DNA of 64,000 nucleotides from assembly GCA_050575255.1 (NCBI GenBank), contig JBNZDD010013635.1:592947-656946 (forward strand). Direction: 5' to 3'. This DNA comes from Harriotta raleighana. Its lineage: Eukaryota. A program made the position numbers and the translations under genes. This document shows, one piece after another, positions 22,963-36,200 of this stretch (its first letter is position 1; every line of letters starts with the position of its first letter). Under the pieces are notes generated by a model, which searched no databases, had not been told where the DNA came from, and was given only the letters and a program-made list of their open reading frames with translations.

Positions 22963-25900
22963 AGATGTGGTAGTATCTCTGCATTGCTGGCTGGCTGCCA
23001 CTAGATGGCACAAGCTCCTCGTATGTGCTATTTACAATGTGCACCAGTGCCCTCTAATGGCAGGTATTCAGTCTTGCATTTGATTAAATGCCCTCAAGTC
23101 TTAAAACTACAATACATTTTTGCAACATTGACAAATGCAGGCTTTACATCCGGACAAGTGAGAAAATTGAATGCATCTGCGACTGAATACATGATTTGGG
23201 CCACAAGTTCATCTATGATCAAAAGGAACAAAGAACAGTTAAAAAAAAAGCACTTCAAATTGGAGGCTGGTGCATGTACTTTCCCTTGTTATTTCTCCTA
23301 GCCCCCTCCCTATCCACTCTTTCAGCAACAAACAAAGTCTTTATCCCTTTACATAATGTCAATGTGGCTGAACTGCTTGTACCACTGTCCACCATTGTAA
23401 TGATGTATATGAAATTACTCCTCGGCCTCACTCTGGTTTGGCACATAGCATGCACAACAATGGTTACTCACATAGTGTAAATGTGCAGGTAAACTTTCAC
23501 ATGCAGAAAGAGATCAAATGGCACCTCTTTTTGTTTTTATAGTGTAGCCGGTGTCATTTCCTGTGAATATGGTCAAGTAGCGTTTGAAGCCATAGGAATA
23601 ATGTGATGTTTTGTGTCCAGTCTGTACTTTAATTTTTTGGTTGTTTTTTTTCCTTTTTTGTTTTGCAAGAAGAGTTGAAAACTATTTTTGATAATGAGAG
23701 TAAATGGTGGAAAATGCTTCAGTTTGCTTGTCTTTTTTGGCACCTAAGGCACCAACATATTTCAATTTTGACCTCCGTGATAGACTGTTTAACAAATCAA
23801 TGTTTCTTTGTATTTGTACAATGCGGTTTCTATATACTGACCCAAAAATTCCATGAATTGATTAGATGGTCAATCCTAATCCTGGCATGAAGTCTGTGCT
23901 TACTGTTCCTGTGTTGAAAGCAAATACTGGTATAGACACAAAAAGTTCAAAATAGCATTTCATATTTCCGTAATTAACACTATTGACTACACTGTTTTCC
24001 TGTTCCAAGTGGTGCTGATTATGTTGAGAAATCCAGGAAAATAATCAATTTTAATTTTTAAAAAATGCTAATTTCTCACTGTCTCTTTTCCAGAACATGT
24101 ACAAGAAAGAATGAATAAATGCATTAGTTTTGTACTACTTTGGTTTAGCTGCGTTGAGATACTAGTGGTTAAACTACTGTATTGATCACGCAAGGATTTA
24201 AGATATTTATGTGTGTTTATGATGTAATCTACGATCAATTTGGTAACTTGAAGTAAAAATGTCTGGGACATGCAATTTTTTTTAAAAAAGAGTTACGGTC
24301 AAAAGAATGTAATAGAAAGATGTTTAAAATGGGAATCTTACCAGTAGTATGCCTTCTAAAAGTAAAATAGATTGAATACATTATGATGAACTTAACATTA
24401 TTTTATTAACACTGTATTTTGTGTTTCTGCCTTTCTGGCCATGTTTTTGCACGTAAGCCGAGTGCTGATATTGTCAGGTTCTGCATAGACTTTATTGAAG
24501 GATGAAATAATACCAATAGCAATGCATCATCACATTATTCTTATGGTGCTTCACACAGATTTGTGATTTCTACTCCAGAAGTTAATTAAAATAATTTTCT
24601 CCTTCAGTTTAGCTTTAGCGCTTTGGAACAACCTCCCGATGTGAGAGGCGCTCTATGAATGTAATTTTGTTGGTTGTTCAGTAACTTCATATCTGGATGA
24701 CATTTCTGTAGTTACAAAAAGTGTGTGAAGCACTATTCTTGGGAGGGGTGGGTGTCTGCTGAGCACTAGATCTTAGCTGATATTGGGAGGAGGATGACTA
24801 GATTGCTCGATGTTTCCACGGGGAGTAGAGTTATTCCCAAATTTAACTTGCAGATCTCTACTGCAGCCTGCTCATTTAGCACAAGGCAGTTTCTATTACC
24901 ACCAGTTTCTATTGTGCAATTGATAAGACCTTGGCACTACAGATACCTTTGGCAGTATTCTTAAACATGCCGGAAGGCACAACAGCCAGGCACTTTACAT
25001 ATAAACTTAGCATAAAAATGTTGTAGCAATGTTTCTGTGGTTGGGGGGGAGGGAAAGAGAAACAAGAGCTTTCAAATAGATTAAGCACTTTAACAGTGGA
25101 ATAGTGCTGGTTTGATTATGTTTATACCTTCTATAACACATTCCAGTTTCTTCAGATGATCCAGGCTTCACTTTTTTTTATTGCAGTCTACGTGTTGGAG
25201 CGCCAATGAACGATAAATCTACTGTAAAATTTTAACTTATTTTGGACAATCTTCGTATTCAGTCATACAAAAACAATCTCTAATCTCTGTTGAACCAGTG
25301 CTATAATAAAAAAAAGTGCTGGTTTAGTTTTCTACTTTCCTGGTGTGTTGGTTTGTGAGGATTGTACTTCAGTTGCAGTAACCATTGTGAGAGTTTAGGT
25401 AAGCACTTTGTTGTACATGATGTATGTCCGAAACATTTTTATGGTGGAAATCCAGTTGGTTGCAATTGAAATTCATTTGAACTATGAATATCCAGCATGC
25501 AGAAGGGAGAATCCATGTCATAACTGGAACATACCCACACTGGAAAAATATTGTCGGAAGAGGCCATCTTTAAATGTCACTTTATCAGGGCTGTTTTCAC
25601 CTCGTATCAAGATTATTTCTAGATTTTCAAGGGTCACCTGGAGTCTTTTGAAGCGCGACTGTTTTGCTAATTCAGGTGTTCAATAAAATAGGATGTAACT
25701 TGGTACACTGGGTATAGCAATTCTGTGTTCAGATATGACGAATAGAAATCATACCTGCAATGGAACTCCCAGCAGATTGGTTTCGATACTCATAGGCACA
25801 TCAGCAGTTTGGTTTGGAGATCTAGAAGCATTGTAATAAAGTTTCCACATATGTCAGACAGCCATTTGGCTAAAATGTGTTTTTTTAAAAATTATTTCCA

Positions 25901-28900
25901 GTCCTTTCAATACATTGTAAATGGTGTTTCATTCTATGTTCTTGAATTATTTTGAAATTTTGGTTTACATTTTCCACATTGAGTTTTCCTTTAGTATAGC
26001 ACTCTATAAGCCTTCCAGAATGTAATTTCAATATAAGAATCTTTTTTTAAAATAAGAGTCCTGGAGCAAAATATATTTGGGGGAATGTGACATACAAGCA
26101 AAATAATTTTTCCCTGTTTAGGAAATTTAAGGTGCCAAGATCACATGACCTCAGGGAGGGTATCAAAGTTCCTCTGTTTTTGTGTTAATCTGATTAAAGT
26201 ATATTTTACGAGTGATAACTTTGTTTTTAAAACCTGAAAGAATCAAAGTGCCTTTGTTCATGTTGGGAAAGCAATAAAGATAAATACTTGTATGGCAAAG
26301 ATTTTAGGATGCAAAATTACACTTTATTTGAATGGAAATTGTGAGCAGACGCAATACGTGTTGCTATTTTTTTTTAAAAACTCCCACTGGGTAACATCTT
26401 TTGTAATCAATCTGCTCCCCACCCCAACCCACCATTGAGTTTTATTTTCACATACAGTATATATATCATGATGTAATTTTGTTGTCCATCTCTAGATAGG
26501 GGTGATCGTTTCTTCAGTGTTCCATTTCCCCACTATGTAAACTAAAGCATTAAGAAATCAATGTTAAATGAAAATGGGTCTGGTGCATGACAGCAATGTT
26601 GGATATAATTTCAGAAGTAAGAAGAACCTGCATGTATTCTGCCATGTTCAGTGTATTTCAATGATTATGTATTACTCCTCAAGAAATTAATCTTCATTTT
26701 TAAACCAGTCTAGATGTCAACAACTCCTGTTCAAGAAGCTACAGCAAATTCCAGTTTGTGTGGCTTATCATGAAGTGTTCAAATGGCCTGATCCTGAATA
26801 CACTTGAAATAAGTAAGTCAGAACAATCGTACCAGCAAACTGTTCGTCATGGATATGACTCAATCTGTAGGGTAAATTGTCAAGAGTACCAATTTTTGAA
26901 ATAATGCACTTCAGTAATGTCTTCTGCCAGTGAAAATTAAAGCAAGGATGTTACCATTTAAAATACAAGTTCAAAAGAAAACCTTTGAATCTTTACAAAT
27001 GTTTATTTGATTTTGAAACTTCCAAAGAAAAGTCTGCAAATGTAAAAGCCATGCTAACACAAGCAATCAGCATATTTCACACCACTTGAGCAACTGATTA
27101 TCTTTAGCAACCAAATAAGTCAGAACACAAATGCAGTTTTCATCTAAAACATTTCTACAAGATTTTAATATTAACAATTACAATATTTGTTTCTGAAAAA
27201 AAAACACCATGAGCAGTTTTTAAATTGCTGTACAGTAGCTCACACGTTTCATTGATGCCCCCGTGTGTTTGCATAGAGCTAATAATTACTGGGGCGTAAA
27301 TGGCAGTATGCATCTCAATTGTTCAGTTATTTGGTACAGGTGGTGCCACATCTCAATGAATGTGTTTGGGGAAAAAAACAGAAGACCTATTGCTATAAAT
27401 AACTATACTGCAGCTATTTAAATTTAATATATAAATCTGTCCAGTTCCTCTCCTAGAACATACGGAAATAAGAAATTATTCTCTAAAGCTGCAGTCAAAT
27501 TGTTTATTTTTAAAAAAAAAAACCTATATGTAGGAAGTGTATTAAATTTACATTTATCCTACTGTTGTTTCTATACTGGTAAACCACTCAGAAGACGAAA
27601 CAAGTTTCACACATTTTGGCAGATGCCTTTTTACACTACTTACAGAGATAATCAAGTTCTATACAAATGTGTACATTAAAATTCCAGACCAACTGTAGGT
27701 CACAAGTAAGGCACAGTTTCAAAAATATTTATTGTTAACAGGTAGGAACTAAACCAGCAGTTGAAGAAATGTGCCATATTTGTGTGTATTGCAGCTGCAT
27801 ATACAGGCTATGTGCCAGAGTAGATGTGAGATTCAGAATACAGATATATGCGCCTAAAAGTATATTTCAACAAATTAGAAAATATACTAGCTGTATAGCT
27901 AAAGAGAAACACAGAAGTAAAAGGCTAAAATGAGTAGTTTCTAATCAGTGCAAAGTTGTACCTTTTTCAAAACGACTGAATAAAAATTCTCATAATTTAC
28001 ATATCTGGCTTAAAAGAAAGTTTGGGAAAATCCTATTAATGGTCTGAGAAAATAAAAGTGCAAATTTTGTAACTGTATAAAAATTCTATTGCATGGAGTT
28101 GCAAATTGAGCCTGTTTATTCTTGGAAATTTTATTGGGATTAGGAGAAAATTTAAAATGGGAAGTGGGAGGATGGGGGGAGATAAACCCTTCTAACTGAT
28201 CACTTTCATATTGTTTGTACAAATAGCCAACTGCACATCACTATCAACTAATTTGAAAATGTATAAGTCTTAACTTTATAGTTTTTTTATATGCTACTTG
28301 TTAAATTTGCTACATAATTGGCTAAGAAAATGTATCTTTTTCTGAGATGGGGGTTCCAATATATTGTACAGAGTCCGGTAAGTTATTGCTTTGCAGGGTT
28401 TGAAGGAAAATGGATAGTACCATTTTGTCTACATTTGAAGTGAAACAATCTTATTTGATGGATATAAAACTGAAGTGAAAAAAAGGTTTATTTTGGAGAT
28501 TATGAAAAATCTATCCTATTAAAAATCTTTATCCAAGTAAGAAATAATGTTTTAGTCGAACAGTATTTGGCAGCCAGGTCAGATAACTAGCCTAGATATG
28601 AGATCTTAATACTAGATTTGGGCTTGTATTGTACAGAACGCGGAGGACAATGAAGCCATACAAACTCAAACTGGTCAACTGTGCTAACCCAGTTTGGGAA
28701 TGGAGAAAGAAAATGTGACTTAATTATAAACCCACTGAACAAAGAGCAAATGTTCATCATTGCTTGTTGACTGACAAGTATCTGAACTCTTTAATCTATG
28801 GCAATATGTGTAATGTTCTCAAGGTCATACAGCCTGAAAGAGGACGACTGACATTGTGTGATTAACATTAGAATATTTCATAAAGGGTTAAAATGTACAT

Positions 28901-31900
28901 TTTTATCAAAATACCATTTGATTCTGAATCCAATTGATTACTTTCAATACTGCTTCCAATTTACAGTAAATAGACAACATCAGGTCAAAGTAAACAGCCT
29001 TTTGATATCAGTCAAGTTAGGGCCACTACCCCGACATGCTGAATGTAACAGTCTGGGGCTTAAAATGCTTGAATTTATGTATCTCTAGAAACAGAATGAT
29101 ACAATTGTCCTTCCAATTTATCAGAGATATTGAACATTTTTTTCCTCTTTTACAATGTTGCTAACTTTTCAGCACAATCCACATTAATAACTACAGTATT
29201 GTTCTTTGAGAGAAATATTTCTATGTTCTCTTTTTAAAGAATCACATTTTTCATAACATTATCTGCCTTTTCGTCTCGAGAACACACCAGTGGCACATAG
29301 TGTACACTGTTTCAGCCATCAAGTTCAACAGAAACAGTGATTCAGTTGGACGTGTGATATTCAATCTTAAAAGGAGAGGAATTGCAAATTAGTGTAATCG
29401 GATCATCAGAAGAAAAGTGTACATGTCAATTATTTCAGACCCTCTGAAAATCTTATCATCTCTGCATTGTGTAGTCATCTGTGCATTGACTTTGAGTAAA
29501 CCATTGCTCACGAATATGGCATTTTTGATTGGGCACAGGACTAGTTTGGAAATTATCCGTGTTTTTCTATTGTATCCATACATCATGCACCTAAATGTAT
29601 ACTTTGCCAAAATACTATACAATTGTTTTTACAAAACAAAAAATGGTTTGTTAACATCCTCATCTCCCATCACTACTTGGATAGGAGGTCAAGAACATAT
29701 ATCAAATAAACTTGTGTGTACAGTAACAATATTTACATCTAACCTAGAAAGGGGTAGTTAACTTCCCCAGGGAAGTCTGTATTTAAATCCATCTCTTACA
29801 GACATCAGGGATGTTTTCTCTTGACAACTCTTTAAAAGAGGTATCTGTTTGCTCTTAGGATATTTTTTTTAGCAGGCTTAATTCCTGACTTTGTCATGCA
29901 AAGTCATGTTGGTTGAACTGTCTGCTACACTACACATTTTCAAAGCAAGATTGTTCAGCCTACACTTCTATTAAAATGTTTTTTTTTAATCGACAACTGG
30001 CAATATATGTTGATAATGTCAATTGCATCCTTCCTTGTTGCAACACAACTGGAAGGGCCATTGCAAGAAACTTTACCTTGATGAGTGATCTAGATTTAAA
30101 ACTGCTAATTTAAATATTTTAAACAAAATGCAGACTTGAAGCACAAACAAATTAGGCTGGTTGTTAAAATATTGTTCTTGAAAACCTTTCCTTATTCTCC
30201 ATCATTCTGGATTCAGGAATTCACCAACTTATTGCTTTGCAGAGTTTGGAGAAAATGGGCCATTGTTAATGTTTCATTTCTTTTTTCAGTGCAATTTTAC
30301 ATGCTGGATGATTGGCAATAATTTGGCAACGTTTCTCCTCAGGCTATGAGGGTACACTCTTGACAAACAGAAATGGTAAATTGGCATTATTTGAGTATCC
30401 CATCTGGGTGCTTCAGTTGTCAATCTGTGGAAAGTGGGGATAAATGTTATCTTTCCAAAACAACGTCAATCTTTCTTTTATGAGCACAAATTACAAATGC
30501 TTACCAAAAAAATTGTATGGGATGTTATTTTGCCCCATCTGCTATGTGTGGCCAACCTTTTAATGTGAACTTAAATCCCACTATAAACAAACAGGAAAAG
30601 AATTGCTCTAGCAAATGAAGCAGAATACAGCTTTTAGATTTTTGTAACCTGCAGGTACTTTCACAAACATTATGTCTAAAAAGGGCTGGATAAAGAAAGC
30701 ATACTTCAAGATCCCCTCACACACATTTCACATAGTGGTCTGTTTTGCTCCACACCACAACTTATGAGAATCTAGCCAGAATTCTAGAAATGTAGACTTT
30801 GCTGGTTTTTTCTACTCAGCCATCTCCTCTAACAGGGGTGTGAACTGTACCTCAATGAGTTAGTTTTCAAAATATTAAGTCACTCTATTCATCCTATGTT
30901 TGAAGTGGTTTTGATTTGGGAGGAGCAACATTTTAAAGGAAAAATAATCACTAAAGTTGCTTTGAGAAATCACCTGTAATTTCTGTCTCAATATAGCTGC
31001 AACAGCTATATTATTACTGTGATATTAAAGCATTGTACTCTTGAACAGTAGACCAAAATTGAAATCTTAACATTCACATTCAAGGCTACTTAAATCTTAA
31101 GCTTTGCATTTTGCATCTCTAAAAGGTAGAGGGAAGCAGAGACATGGGAGAGGTTTTACCACTGAGGCATACATTCTGATCGATTAAACGAGAACAGTCA
31201 TTTTGGTGTCCTTGGGGATGTTTGCAGAGTCGTTGTGTCCTGATAAAGCAGTGTGTATCAGGATGAGGAAAGAGAAGATAATAGCAATGTTAAAAAAAAG
31301 AGAGCTTTAGTGGAGGAACTTGGCCCTGCACCTCTGGCATCTACGCTTCAGTCCAGGCATGGAAATCTCAACCCCTGGTATTCTCCTGGGACTTAAGAGC
31401 ACAAAAAAGCCCTTGGTTTAGCACTGAATTGACAATATCGCTTGGTTCAGTGGCATAAGAACAATTTCACACTGATTGGGTCAGATAACATCTCACATTG
31501 ACGTGCACAAAACAACACTAACATTGTTCTGATTGAAAGGTAGCAGCTATACAAGTATAATTTTGTTGTTTCAGTAAGATTAAATATAAGTAGCCTGGGA
31601 TATTCTGCTTTTTATATTCAGGGTGACAGCAAAATTTAGGTTTTGGCACTGCTTTTAAATGTATTTTTTCACATTCTGTGGGCATTTTTTTTCTCACAAA
31701 TTAAGTATATTGGTTAATGAAAGGATAAAAGTCTTGTTACACCAACAATCAAATCAGTGTTTGAGGGGGAGGAAAAGTAAAACAACTTATGACTTTCCAG
31801 TTTCTCTCCTCTTTTCTGAAAGCATTTTTGATTCCTCCCCCCCCCCTTCAATCCAGGTCATAGACACTTCCTTCCTTCATCAAAGAGCTTATTGTTCATG

Positions 31901-33126
31901 TAAGAACTTATGACATTTGAGTATTCAATTGAATCAGGTAGCAAAATCAGCTGAGCCCAATTCTGCCCGCACCCGACGTCCACAAATGGTCACTTCCCAG
32001 CAAAAGCAGACACTGGAAGCAATCAGGGGCAAGAACTCACCTTGACTTTTCTTTTCCTGTCTAAATATACATAGTGAACTATGAGAAGAGCTCAAATAAT
32101 CTTTAAGACAATAATAACTGCAAGAGTTATTAATCACTATAATTGCCTGATTTTCTGTTGTTGCCTGCAGATGTTATCTCCATGAAGTTTCTTTGACAAA
32201 CCATGGTTTTTGTGCTACATTGGGCTGGAAATTATTCACTCCATTCATTTCTATATTTTCATGCCTCCCTCGTAAAACCACATTTAGAGCCGAAATGGAG
32301 CCTGTTAATTGCGGGTATGAACTTAAAACTTTGCTAGTCAAATGGAAAACTTTTCAGCCGATAATTTTAAACTGGTCTCAAATGTAGCTTGAGCCAAGGT
32401 GTTGCTTCAAAAACATCTCTTGGGCTGCTTGAGGTTTTACCTCGATGGCATCAGGTCATGCTATGGTATGGGTACTTTCAGAGACATACATTGCCCAATT
32501 TCTAGAAACTGGTAAATACTTTCTCACTGATTAATGCACCAATCTGAGTTACGTGAGATGGATTTCATGCTTTCCATCAGATATTCTCGAAGTTTGGCTC
32601 TTGTAGCTAATCCACTCCACATTTTACCCAGGAGTATGGGTTGGTTCACATTCCTTCATCTCTTGAATGCATTTGCTTCTATGAATAGCAAGAGTATATG
32701 AAGTGATGTGTGAAGAAATAGTAAGCACTAGTAGCAGGAAAGGAATTCTACCAGGCATTCATAAGGCACTAAGTTAAGAATGCTTCTTAAGAAAATAACT
32801 AGTAACTGTGGTCAAAAGAAAGATGAATAGTGAAATTAGGAACTAAATGAGGACAACACACAGCGATGGGTAGCAAGCAGAAATCCATATACATAACACT
32901 GCACTTTAAGACATATTGCACAAACAGATAGTATTTGATTTAGAATAAAGTCCATTGCACACAGTAAGCATGTACTTCTTCCTTCTGATATAAAATCTCA
33001 CATAATCTCTTTAAAAAAAAAAAGGAGATATAAACAGTTGACTACATTTCTGACAGGGTAATATCAGTCCTTAGAATTGCGGTCTACTGGTCAATCTACT
33101 GTCCAGCAGTTGACCTAGTTTTTAAT

Positions 33127-33223
33127 TTATGTTGGAAGGTCAGAAATGACAAGCTTGTCCATCTTGTTGCTGAGTTCGGGGCCAGTGGTCAGTTCATCTG
33201 ATTCATAGTCTTCCTCAAATGAT
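33127..33223 (-). CDS. PPP2R3A: PPP2R3A terminal coding exon
   Basis: [31 protein letters not shown], acceptor TTCCCACAG. Confidence 0.88.
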
Positions 33224-36200
33224 CTGTGGGAAGAAAACAAGATTTTACCATAGTCTAGAGAGCCATTAAGGGAGCCAGTAAGTGGGGACATAGTTAAAAG
33301 AATAACGAAAGGAGGACACGGAGGATTTTTTTCCCTCCAGATTTGAGATGTTAAATGACCTGGTGAGTAAATTGGTGTGGATTGAGTCCACTAGCTTTCA
33401 TGTGGGAGGTAAACAGTCATATGAAAGAGGATCTTGAAGGGAGCAGTGGGATTGAAGTGATATCTTTGCTCTGTGTGTCAGGCTTAATTGACTGAATGTG
33501 CTGTAGATCCTTCTTCATTGCAGATTCTATGTTTCTCTCTATGTCTCCAACTCAGTCATTTTGCTTTATTCCACAACATTTGCGACTTTTCTTCTGAAGG
33601 TACTGATTCACACTGTACAGCTACTGACTGCATGCCGGTCCCTCGACCAACTGACTATTGTTAACGTGTGAGCTATAATAGTGAATGTTGCCAGGATTAA
33701 GGGGGAAGGGTGGGGGAGGGGAAAGAAATTATGGCTGTGTCCAATCTTATTCTCACCCGACAGTCACTGTTTCCAGCAATGCTCCTTGGAGAACTTTCAG
33801 AGGGTAGGGAAACTAGCTGCTTTTCCCATTTCTCAACCCAGGGACACTGAGGCCAGTCTTAGCCTATTTGCCATCCTGGCTGAGATCAGTTAATTCAGCA
33901 CAAAATGGGAATTAAATCGAGGAATTTCCAGGTTGTAGGTTTGTTAATTTTGGTAAAGTTATTATTTGGCCAGTTGACCATTACTGAAGAATATAATAAA
34001 CTTGGGTATTACCACTTCTTTGAGCAGTACTTTAGGGTGGACTTTCTTTCAAATAAGTCAACTTTGTTTTGATGGCAACAAATCCTATTTTATAGTTTAA
34101 TAATTATAATCTGCTAAATTCTTTTCTCCACTACTGAGAATCATTGAATCAGTTTACTCTTGTGTGGATTTTCCTCCATACAATATGTTTCAAAGAACTT
34201 GTGGAGCTCTCACATCTAGAATGCAACACTAGATGGCACTGTGAAATAAAAAGATTTGTGGTGAAGTTTAATATCCTTTGCACCACATAAAAAATCAGCA
34301 TTACCACAAAGAGTTATTGTGTTTAATTGACATGTAAAGCAAGTGTTGTAGTGTGATTCCCTCCTGTACATTGACAGTGCTATTGGATGGGTGAGAATAG
34401 GTGAATTTATAGTAATGTGATAAGTTATGAGCCAACAACAAGTTTTTATTTTGCAATTTTTTTCAGGGAGTACACAACCTGAGAAGTGCTGTGAGCTATG
34501 CCACTTAGAAGGTTAGTGTCCACAGCAATGCTGCAGTTATACTGCACAATTTGTGTTTGATGTGCTTTGTGTTTCAGCAATGGAAGTGTAATGTAACTCT
34601 GATATGACATCAGTAAACTAACATTAATATGACCTGCAGTGCAATATTAATCCTTGAATAATAATAATTATTCAAGGAATAATCCTTGAATTTGATATAG
34701 CGCTTTTCACATCTTATTAACATCTCATAGCGTTTCACAGAAAATAGTGTAAAGTGAATTGACTGTATAATTGTGGGTGAAATGTGGCAGCCAATTACAC
34801 ACAGCAGTGTCCCACAAACAGTCGTGGACTGAAATTACAAATTTTTATTACTGTGGTTTTTTTTGGAGGCATTATTAAGTCTGTGGAGTAAGGAAATTAG
34901 CCCAAGGTTTCGCTCTGATCTGCCTGGATTTGAACACGTCTCCTGCTTGTAAGGCACTAACCACTGAGCTAAAGGAGCTCCACATCTCCTGGAGATTGCT
35001 TCAGATATGAATTAATATGTAAGTCTGTAGCATTAAAACAGCTGATTGCTGCCAATATGTCCCTGTAATAAACATTGAAATGTAATCAGCTATCAACGAT
35101 TCAGAGCTGATTATACTGTAGTCCTGAGGTCCACTAGCTAAGATCATTTAAACCATATCTACCCATGTTAAACCATTCTCTGAAGAGGCTGGGCAAGCGA
35201 CTGATGTAAGCCCTTTGTCACTGGCCCTTCTACAGCCTCCAAAAGATACTTTAGGAAGGTTGGGATGGGCATCACTCCCGATATTCTCAGTTTCCCGTTG
35301 AAGAAGCCTTTGACTTCCACTAAGTTCTTCCCTGTGGGCGGTGAATTTGCATCTATCTTGCATCTGTAGCATCTACATCTTACGATTCCAAACAGGATGC
35401 AATTGCTTCCATGAACTCACCCTTCCTGTAACTGTTCATTGGCAGACTCTTCTGCCACCAAAATTTCATATTCTTCTGCTGCATATTTGTCCCAGTCCGA
35501 AGGCTCTGGACTTTCACTCTCAATATCCTGTAAAGAATGACAATTAACATTAGAAGAACATGCAATTATATAGTAAGAAAAATTATCATGGGAAATTGTT
35601 ACGGTTAGTTGAATTTTTAAAATATATTAAAAAATCCAATTATCAGCCCACATTCTGAAAGTTTATAAACTTAACTGCAAGTGAATAACTCACTTTATTT
35701 TTTGTATTTTTTTTTAAAAAAAGATGAAAGTTGACTAAGTTTATCTAATCGGAATTGTGACAACTTCAAATAAATCTAGTAGACAATATGGGCCAATAAC
35801 TCAGCTGCTAAATACTTTTGAGGTGCAACCTCTCAATAAACTGCGTTACCTAAATGCTCATTCATATATTTACCAATCCTGGTAGGTGATTGTGTTTGAT
35901 TATGCTCTGGTCATTATATTTACCGACCTTGTCCAGGTGAGCGTATGATGGTATGAACAGGCACAAGGGGAACTGTGTAACTATTGCATTATCGTGGTTA
36001 AGATTTATATTACACTCTCTGCCCCTGCCCCTGGCTCAGTCCCGGGATCCGCTATTGTGAAGCGCTCTGAGACACCGTCCGGCGTGGAGGGCACTATATA
36101 AATTGAAGTTGTTGTTGTTGTTATTCTATTTCGCCTGTAAATACAGTATTTACATTACAGAACATTGTCTGAAGCAATGAGATGTCTTGTGACATAAGAA

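Noticed and set aside
34650-34690. Short hairpin CCTTGAATAAT...ATTATTCAAGG
   Set aside because: Local inverted duplication of a SINE tail; no sign of function
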